DNA of 64,000 nucleotides, from NCBI GenBank assembly GCA_030141605.1, contig JAQGDQ010000043.1, forward strand, positions 869,996-933,995, written 5' to 3'. Under the pieces are notes generated by a model. That model had not been told where the DNA came from and searched no databases. It saw only the letters and a list, made by a program, of their open reading frames with translations. Each line of letters begins with the position of its first letter. Positions within the stretch are counted from its first letter, which is position 1. The stretch comes from Tubiluchus corallicola. Lineage: Eukaryota > Animalia > Priapulida. A program made the position numbers and the translations under genes. Shown piece by piece: positions 1-9,795 of the stretch.

Positions 1-687
1 GCCGTAAAGATCACCATGTTTCACGTCTTTGGCGTAAGTGAGCAAGAATGACGCGCGTAGTACAGAACTCGTCTTTGGTTACCGATCTTTGGTGACAACA
101 CTATACTGGTAATGTCATTCGTCTCCTGCTCCTCAAATTTAATACTGCTAACAACGAAGTGATAAAAAAGTCAATAGAAACAAGTTTTACAGTAAGTTTG
201 TAATAAAATAAATTGAAGATTCCTAATGAGAGTAGGATTTTAAGTTGTAAAAGCTTATATTATAGTATGGTTTTAGTTTGACTTTAATAATATTAGATTC
301 AAGCAAGTCATTTTTGGTCTTAGACCATCACATCTCTATAAGATACACAGTCTTATGAACATCCTTGAAACAGCAGAGTTTTCTCACCTGTGCTTTTATG
401 TTGTTTACCTGTTTCCTAATCCGCCTGCTTTCATCTTTGTTGAACAAAAGGCTGACAACATATCACACTTAGTATAATTTTTTTCAGATGACATAATTTT
501 CCTTTCATCTGCCGACACACAGGAGATGTCAGCAGCAGGTGAAGACGTTTGAGCCTATTTCACCCCGGTGTGCATGGTTGTAAATACTAAATAAGTTGTA
601 CACAGTTTAAAAACATTGATTTGTAAGTCATAATGTTTATTTTTATATGCAAAGTTAGGGAAAATGATGTGCATAAATTTTGTTAAC

Positions 688-1025
688 CAGGGTTGTCGTA
701 ACAGCATTATAGGCTTCCAGGCAAAGCAGTGCACTGGGACCTCCTACCTACACAACCTCTCACGGGAATCAAAATGTAAATGGTCGATAAAATTAAACAT
801 GTACTTATTGTATTGGTACTTCTAACAAAATCAGTGTTTGAACATTAGAAAACATGCTGTACAGTAAAGGTTAATAATCAATACAAACGTTTGAAAAATA
901 TAACATGAGCCCCGAAAAACACAACAATTTTAACATTGACAGCAAGTCACATATTGATATACATAGATTAGCATGGGTGGCCCTCAGGCAACTGCTCAGT
1001 GTGGCGTTGCGTTAAAACGACCTTG
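688..1025. mobile_element. hAT-type MITE
   Basis: Imperfect TIRs CAGGGTTGTCGTAAC / GTTAAAACGACCTTG; 8-bp TSD TTGTTAAC (680-687) / TTTTTAAC (1026-1033), one mismatch; no ORF. Confidence 0.7.
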
Positions 1026-2699
1026 TTTTTAACCATTATTACTATGCAGTTTATTGTTTGAATAGCACTTATATTCACGAATCTAGTATTAAACATTTCC
1101 TTGCTTGATGATGTGAACCAATGCTGTGCAATTTTGATGTTTTAAACTGCAGATTCTAGGTACCTAGCATTTTTACAATTTTTGTATTAAAAAATGTCTT
1201 AGGTTATTTTCATTTCATTTTTCTATAGATTAATATGATTTTGTACGTACATTGTTAATAATTACATGTGTTATCAATTATGCTGCTTCAGTAATGTGAA
1301 ACATAAATTTGTTAATTTGTAGAGCATTGTAAATCATTTATTTGTAAATTGTGTTGTTTGTCAATAATATAATTGATAAATTTATCAATATTTGTCTGGC
1401 CTGTAGAATGTCAAATTGTGCCAAAACGTATGTCATTTATTCAAACCTATTAGGCCTATTTTAGCAGTCTCTTATAGTGTAATGAAAAATTGTAAGGTAT
1501 ACATAGTAAGAACCTTAACTAGAATACATACATTGTTGATCGCAATTTTAAACTTGATAATCTTAATGTGTTTCTCCTTAAAAGACACATTACACTTTTG
1601 TTTGTAGTTTTTCTTAACACATCGTAAATTTTGAAAAATGCATTCCTAATATGTATCCTACTAATATGTTTCTTCTGCTTGTAGACCGTCTTTCATGACT
1701 GTGTTTACGGAATGCCAAAGTTATTATAATAACTAATGTTAATTGCTATGAAACATAATGTTTTACGTTTTCCTTTGTTGTTTTATATACAGCTGTCAGT
1801 TTCAGCTTGATAACTCATTTTCGTTTCTGCTGAAATTTCTTTCCCTAACGTAGCTTGAATTTTTGCCTTGTTTTTACAGTTAGCTTGGGCAGCTGGGCTT
1901 TTATTATGATTGTTGCTTGCTGTTGTGTTGTGCACCATTCAGAGGGCTGCAAGAACTGTGGCCTGTCAATTCAAATTCAATGTTTCCATTAATTTTTTAT
2001 TAAACACAAGTGTGCTAACAGAAAGTTGCTAATAACATCTAGTCGAGATTACTATAACACACTGTTGATTGATACTGATTGTTGACATCAAATTAAAAGC
2101 TATATTAGTCCACAGGCCGAGTTACTGTTGGTACAGTGCTGATAAAATTTTGATGTGATTTTAGCATCGGCACACAGAAAAGAAATACTGTTATAGAAAG
2201 AAGTGGACCGTGACATCTGAGGGACAACTTGTATAATTTTATTGGTAAATGATCTTAATTTTGTTAGTATCAAGTACTTTTACTGTTATACGAATGTAGT
2301 TTTTTTTCAGTATTGATAATACCACTATTTGGCATTTAAATATATCAGAACTCACTGTTTTACATATATTTAGTATTATGTAATTGTCAAAAATTATGTG
2401 TAGTAATTATCAAAATTGTGCAAAATGTACAAAATAAATGATTTTACTTGCATTTATGTTTGGTTATAAATAATCATTTGGTGTTATTGTTACAATAGTG
2501 TATTACTATTTCTGTGTTGTATGGTAAAATGCGTATAAGCCTACTTGTGTGGAGTACAGATAAATATACTTGATATGTAAAAGCTGGAAGGTAGTTTTAA
2601 AAATACAGAAAAGTAGAGCTGGAAAGTATACTTTCGTTGTTTGTAATTTTCTGCAAAGTTTTGCCTTTTATACCAGTAGGTAGGTTTTAATCAAATGTT

Positions 2700-2841
2700 C
2701 TTGGTTCTATCTAACTCAATGCTATCATTATAAGTGAACTTTTAAGACAAGGGTTAAATCTTCAAGTTTACAGAATCAGGGTTTCTGTGATAGCAGTGCA
2801 GCATTGTGGCCCGTGCACTGATTGTTCTACTCTGTACAAGT
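2700..2841 (+). ncRNA. Candidate box H/ACA snoRNA
   Basis: H box ACAGAA (2770-2775); lower stem CAGGGT/ACTCTG; internal pocket; upper stem CAGTGCA/TGCACTG; ACA at 2836-2838, exactly 15 nt below the upper stem and followed by 3 nt. The 5' hairpin is less clear, so the 5' boundary is approximate. Confidence 0.4.
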
Positions 2842-4807
2842 CTATGTTTTGTGTTTGACAAGTAGTTTAGTTTATATAAATCTAGATGAAACACACTGCC
2901 AAGAGGAAGGACTCTATAAACACCTGCACAACTTATTAACTGATTGTTAGTTTGCAGGTGTGTGAAATTTAGAATAAGGCAGACATCTATAAATTCGGTA
3001 TATTAGCTATCTTGAGTACTAGGTGGCTTATTTAGTGCAAAACAATGAATTAACGAAGTGGTAGAAATAAATCATTTTATTTTACAGGTTGTGTTGGTGT
3101 AGTCACAGCTGTTAGCATTAGAATTATCACAGTTCGTGTTACTTGTAAAGTTAAAACTTATTTTGAATCATAAATTTCCGTGTTCGTCTGATTAGGAATC
3201 GCTTTTGCCTGTTTGCAACTTTGATCAGCGCTTATTATGCACTCACTTTATGTATTTTGATGGGAAATTCCATTGGTTTATTTTCATATGCCTCGTAATT
3301 ATGAAGACCTTCATTTGTGGTCGTTGCTCTCGTGTCGTAATCAGATTTTGCAAGAAGTGGCAGAATTAGCGTAGGATTTCTACTGTTATAGTTTATAATA
3401 ATAACAAAGGAATAAATGCTCTTTATAATACAGTTGGTGAGATGTGTCAAGGACCCTGCACAAGGCGTAAACAGTATAAATTTTCAAATGCTATTACTTT
3501 ACAAAATAAAAAAGTAATTCTGTCTTATTCACTTTAATTGAGCAGCTCCCTTTAATTAAACCAGCATTTGTAATATAAATACAAAAGGGAGTTCACGGCA
3601 AAATGCAAAATGAACACGTGCGTTCCTTTTACACTGCTGAGGACTCATGCCTTTGCCTTAAATTTAGAAAAAAAAACACCGAGCCTGCATATATTACTTT
3701 CTGGCTTATAATAATTACCAATTTTATATCTATCGGTATATATATATATTTTATTAATTTGAATTATTGATTTGTTTTCATTTTTGAGATTTACCTGAAA
3801 ATTAAAACTATAGAAACAATAAAGGTACGTAGTTTGAAGATTCATTGCAAATTTGCAATTAAGTTATGCACTATGCAAGTATGTTGACTTGATCTCTCAT
3901 GAAGGTTGCTGCTAAAAGGAAAACTGTTATAATCAGGTTTGAAAGCGTTATGAGCACAATTTATTAGCTAATGAAGGCTTTTAGGATAAATTAATACTTT
4001 TATAAACAAAATCAGATTGCGACTTAAGTACCCATTAATATTGTTTATAATCTTCATGCTTGACTCGGCAAAAACGGCATGGTAATACAGCAGTTAACCC
4101 AATACTGGCAGCTAAAAGCTCCCTGGCAACACCAACTCAACATTGCGTTGCACAACACTTAGTAAGTCAATAGAATGCCATCATAACGTTTTCTCAAGGC
4201 GTTACACCAATGCGAGCAATTTGCAGGAGTACGCGCTTTTGTTATTTCACTACAGTGAACATATACATGTATAGCAAGATGAGATGACGACGTGCAATAT
4301 GCATGCAGACATTCTATGGAAAACAGCATAAGTAGGCTTTCATTAGTAATACGTCAAGAAGCTATTATATTTTGCGCAATAATGGATTAGCTATTAGGAC
4401 AGTCATAAATACTCTAAACTATTAAAGAAAAATATAGAAACATTTAGAAAAAGTGCTGACAGTTAATGAATACATAATTACTGCATCTATCAAGCATTAT
4501 TTTCAGAATTGCTGATAATCAACACGTAGTTTTCACTTTTTTACACAGAATGAAGCATTATCGTGAGACATCCCTATGGTATCCAGTCTTCTTCAAGGGT
4601 GTGCAACGTATGAGAGGTCTATCAGATATAGTATCATTGTGTGACATGATTTACAACAGCTATACATTCTTTTAACATTTTACTGTAATTATTCATTGAA
4701 GTGGCTGATTGCAAAGAACCCAGCTGTATTGCCATTTATGCAAATGACTAAATGGTCTATAAAATAATTTAATATGTACAAAAAATTTTCTCCACTTTAT
4801 ACAGGGT

Positions 4808-7594
4808 CTACCGATATTGCTGGAGTAAACGTTTTGATTCTTCTGATGCTTGAACTGTATGCACACTTACACGTGTAGAGGGTGATGCACTGCTAGTACG
4901 ATAGGAAGGTGATCGACTGGTCGGTCGTCCGGTCGATCCTATTTGACTACACAGCTCTGACACAACAAGCTCTTTTTTTCTCTCTAATAACATATAAAAT
5001 AAAAGCATCTTATTATGTTTTGATACATATGAAGCTGATCTGCTTCATATGAAATCAATACCTAATACAAATCTACCAGATAAATAGCACATATAGACTT
5101 TAGCCAACTGTATTCTCTGTTTACTGTAACTTAATGTGAGTTTAACTGGTGAACGCTGTCACGTTTTGAGTTGAATTTTGTTGTCTTGGACATTATAAGC
5201 GAACCTAATATGGATTTATCTGGTAACCACTGTTAGTTGCTGATTTGAAATCATTTGCCTTGGATAGGTATTGTAAAGGAACTAAATATAATTTTGCGAC
5301 TTTCGTCTCATAAATGCATGTAAACCCGGCTTCAACTCTTACGGAAACATGTTTGATTCTCAAGAGAATGCACCTGCATCTGTTTTAGGTGTCACTTTGA
5401 CATTTCTCTCAGAGTGTAAGAGTACATCTTCATCTGCATCTTTTTTCCTTTTATGCGATTTCACTCGTCTCCAGTGACCAGCGAAGAAGAAGTTTAAAGA
5501 TTCCACAGCCAGCAAGCACGTCAACAACATTATCAGGATTATACCAATAAGCAACAGAATGTTTTGCTTCTTTTCAAACTGTGCAACTAAAAGAAAACGT
5601 GCAAAGATAATTTTATTGGACAGATCTGCTGTGTTGAAAAGAAAAGACCAATATTTTGGTGCTTATGTCTTACATGACTAATAATAACAGTTAGTTATAA
5701 TTAGAATAATAACTAATTATAATAATATAGTTCTAAAATAATATTATGTATTTAAATTAGCCATATGTACATTTTAAAAAGGAAGTTTTCATTTCTGAAG
5801 TCATAAAGTGTACATTGATTAATATGATTAAAGAATAATACTGTTACAGTATGTATTTACAATATACACGTATGTCCATAGTTGTAAAGAGAGACACTAA
5901 TTTCTATTACTTCACTTGTAATTTCTCTATGAGGCGAGGGAATAACAATGTGTGGTCTATTACGAAATCAGACAACGACGGGCGTGATAGTTAATGTATA
6001 GGCGAACACTAAGAAAACTGGTTGTGGGTGATCTAATTTCCTTCAACTGACGTAAATTGCAAACACTTTTTGTTACCGACTCTGTTACTTACTTTCTTCA
6101 GCAGAAATACGCAGTGATTGAAAGTTTCCTAGAACTTCAAGCTTTGCTTTATAATCTATTTAGAAAATAAACACATTCATTTCTTAATGTGTTTATGCAA
6201 ATAATAGTAGGTAAGCAAGTAAGTAAGTAAAGGTCTTTAATTTTTATGAAAAAATTCCATTCTCCACAGCTACTTTACAATTAAGAAGTTATTAATATAA
6301 ATTGAGAACAATATTTAAACATGCTAATTTACATTTTAATTTAAAATAAAGCTGCTATGTATGCCTGCTAATAAACTTACAATACATCAAATAAGAACTT
6401 TGACTAAGACAAATATTTGGGTACTAAAATATGTATAAAACTGAGAACATTTTTTGTATTGAATGAATTTAAAAGACAATAAAACCAAAAAAGAGCAGTA
6501 AAAGATAAAATATTAATAGTCTTCTATATATCTATTTATACAAGTATTAGTTTTGCTTTTTGTCTTTAATCTGGGTCTAGAAAACAAACACTTTCTGCAT
6601 CTAAGACGTTCCATTTTTCAGGCAGCAGATTATGAAGTGCATGACTGAACAGAATATATTATACAGCTTATATATATAATATATAAGTAAAAATATATAA
6701 AGCATTATTATAATTATTTTTTCAAGATTTAAGATTGTCTATTTCAATATTGTAATTACATGAACCTTAACTATTATTAAACCAAATAATTGTGCTTTTA
6801 TAAAAAAGAACTTCATTATTCATTTTGTTGGTTTAGTAAGTCGAAATTGTTTCATGGAAACTGTGTCTTTGGATTTTTTAAGATTCAGTAGCAGCGTGTG
6901 AGGACCAAACCACTTTCCAATTGTGATTTAGTTTAACTATATACTCCACAATAGCCTTTTCCGTACACTAATAAAGTAAGCCAGTGCACTATTAAGCACA
7001 TTTTGGTGAAATTGGAGTAGGGAAAAGTGTTTCTCTGCTCAACTTTTTGATACTTTCAAGTTAAATCCCCAACAGCCATCACACTTATCTAGTTGTAACT
7101 AATTTAGTGGAAAGTAGCAAGCTTACCTTCACATGCGTAATGTGGAACATCAGGATGGCAGCGAGGTTCTAATGAAAAATCACTTAATGTGGAATTTTTC
7201 AAAGTGCAATAAGCACTGCATTCATAACATATGTACTGGACCTTGTCACAGAACTGAAAAAAAGAGCATTTGAATTAGGCATATATATATATCACATAGC
7301 ATCAACAAAATTATCGTTCAACAATGTGGTTGCGTTAGGATTCTTATACAATTTAAGGAAAACCTTAATCCTGGTCCATATTTTATGCAACATTATTAAA
7401 AAGACGTGGCACCAGAAACGAATAATTAATTATTGGGTCGGAAAATTTGTATATAAACTCTACGCATAAGGTTTCTTGCTTCCATCATATATTCCTCTTA
7501 TCATTTATGTTATTAACTTATTTTTTTCAAATGAACTTGTAATTACATAAAAATCCTCATTTTTAACACACCACAGGCGCTTATTGAACCGCAT
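4808..7594 (-). CDS. Single-CRD TNF-receptor-like membrane protein (BCMA/TACI/Grindelwald-like)
   Basis: Exons 7594-7547, 7253-7127, 6155-6093, 5586-5374 (or read-through to stop at 5360), 4983-4808; all GT-AG and phase-consistent. Product MRFNKRLWCVKNEDFYFCDKVQYICYECSAYCTLKNSTLSDFSLEPRCHPDVPHYACEDYKAKLEVLGNFQSLRISAEEIAQFEKKQN, then TM ILLLIGIILIMLLTCLLAVESLNFFFAG, a basic stop-transfer segment and a Ser/Thr-rich tail. Start codon and last intron uncertain. Confidence 0.6.
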
Positions 7595-8007
7595 GCTATA
7601 TATAAGTATAATACTGATAATGCTGTAACCGTCCTTGTCTTGGGGTGAGCTTCTGTTCAATGAACGTATAGTGAGGACAGACCTGCTGACACCAAAACAT
7701 AACACTCTCGCGCCGCTCGGCGAAAGCGGAGTAGGGCGCTATTTTTGTACCCGATGAGGGACTCTATAATTCTAACAAATGCTCATTAAATTAATCTTGC
7801 TCCGATTAATTTTCGTCCGGTTTTGGAATGCATGAGACTTTTAGAGCAGCTAAGTTTAATTATTAACGTAACTAGAAATGACTCTGTAGAAATCGCAATT
7901 TTTCTCTGTTGCGTCTGTAAACCTACACGCATTCGATGTTCTTAATTTGGTGCATATGAAATACATTCCCAATGATAATATTAGCTATAATTTACTAAGA
8001 AGCTTAC

Positions 8008-8261
8008 ATTATACGCAGAACAGAACGTGTGTCCACAAGGTTTAAGCCACGTATGGAGCACATCACCTGGCATGGTATTTTGACTAGAAACTCATCATCC
8101 AGATTTCGCAAAGAATATTCCTCTGTCGCTCTTACAGAAGCTGAAACTTCCGTTACATGAAATCTGTAGATATTGGCACAGGATCCATCAATATTTGTGG
8201 GAATCCATGGATCAATTTAATTCGTCCACCGCAAGCCCCCAGTTACGCAGTAATTAAACAT
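8008..8261 (-). pseudogene. Decayed RING-finger-like exon
   Basis: Bounded by TTTTTTTCAG and GTAAGC. One frame reads LKPCGHTFCSAY, an adjacent frame NLDDEFLVKIPCQVMCS; all three frames contain stops. Confidence 0.3.
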
Positions 8262-9573
8262 CTGAAAAAAATGTGCATGCTTGAACAAAGGTCGATGCTT
8301 CGCTTAGTTGATCGTCTTGCAGAATGTCTAACCTAATAACCTAGATTAAAATTTTGTGTATTGACACGACTCCAGCTGATGTAATTCTCGCGCACATAGG
8401 TAATAATTTATTAAGCTGACAACTAAAAATGCACGTGTCGGCTTTTTAATTAACTGCCACCATTGCACTGCACTAGCACACTAGATTTACAATTAAAAAT
8501 AAGTTTTGTCACACAAAATAATTAGATGCAACGCCATAAAGACAGTTCAAGCACGTGTAACACACTAGTCCGCATATCCCACACTGCAGGTAACTGAACT
8601 TATTCAAAGAAGCAGCAATGAAAGATGATATAACGCGTTCAACGTTATTGACTTTGATTACAGATACCTGGGAAAACTGCAAAGCCGAAGAAAGATTCGC
8701 TGTTGTTTGTTTAGACAGGCTTCGTAAAATTAGTTCATTCCTTTATTTCATGAAAGACACCTCATTATAGCTCAGAAAAATACAATTGGGCGCAATGCGA
8801 CGTAAAATAATTTTTCCCGGATTGTAGTGCGAAACTTTTATGTAAAGAAGCGCTTACTTGGCATCCGACGTATGTGTTACGCGAACGCGGAATACATAAA
8901 ATCGGTTTAGATTGTTTTCAATGCCCCCGTTTAACAGAGCTGCTTTATTCGTTATTTTTTCTGCAGCTAATTCCTACTGATTTTATACACAGCTATTCCG
9001 CAGGTGGATAAAGCATTTCGGATGCCAGGTAAATGCCTCTTTAGGCTGCAAATTGAAACGTAGTCAACAAACGAATGTGGTTGTAAAATCGTAAATTTTA
9101 AAGATTATGGATGATTAAACAAGCCAAAAGTCTGCGACTGCAAAAGTAGAAACAAAACAATATTTTACTTCAAGTGTTACAACATATGGGCGTTTACTTA
9201 CGAGAGCGTGTATTACTTATACACGTGCGGCCCACTCATGTCTGCATAAGTGCATTTATATTTCTTCATTACTGACAAAAATTATAGGTTTCCGCTTTCA
9301 AATGCAACCGTTTCATTCGCTTTGGTTGGGGACAAGAAGTCACTCTCCGAAATATGGGACGCGTAGGCCTCCAGTCGCTTACTGTGCAAGTGTGTTAAGG
9401 GAGTTATTCCATAACTTACCGAAATTCTCACATTGTAACGTTGTGTCACATTTTTTATTCACCCTAATTTTACCAACTTACTGCTTTTTAATAATTAAGT
9501 ATCAGTTCCCATGGTTTCAGCGTTTACATCTCTACTGCTGGTAACGCCTATGATAAAATTATTTTAATATGTG

Positions 9574-9795
9574 TGACGTCATATTACGGCTATTTTCGCA
9601 ACCCTGGCGACGGAGCGTCCAGGGTTCTTTACATTCGCATGACCTGTGTAGCAAAGAATGTAGAAAATTCGCAAAGCTCTATGTGCACAACCGAGCATGC
9701 TTTTCATTATAGTACACGTGCAGTGTTATTATAGTAATTACACATTTTTACACTGGCACTTTTACGTACACAGTGTGCGTTGTTATATGACGTCA
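9574..9795. promoter_or_regulatory. Probable promoter region with two perfect CRE palindromes
   Basis: TGACGTCA at 9574-9581 and 9788-9795 in CpG-richer DNA; minus-strand donor-like GTAAGT sites near 9481 and 9419 just downstream on that strand. Confidence 0.35.

Larger units (their letters stand above)
1..3180 (+). ncRNA. Putative spliced non-coding transcript (possible snoRNA host gene)
   Basis: CpG-rich first 130 nt. Donor-like GTAAGT at 33 and 192; acceptors TTTTTTCAG (487), TGTAG (1685), TTTTTACAG (1879), TTTTACAG (~3087). The resulting short exons give no sustained reading frame, and H/ACA-like hairpins lie in the intervening DNA. Inference only. Confidence 0.3.

Noticed and set aside
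1100-1160. Box C/D snoRNA at TGATGA
   Set aside because: No CTGA D box at a suitable distance and no terminal stem.
5880-7090. Additional coding exons in the receptor introns (5880-6050, 6840-7090)
   Set aside because: Frames are interrupted by stops; the faint retroelement-like peptides are too degraded to call.
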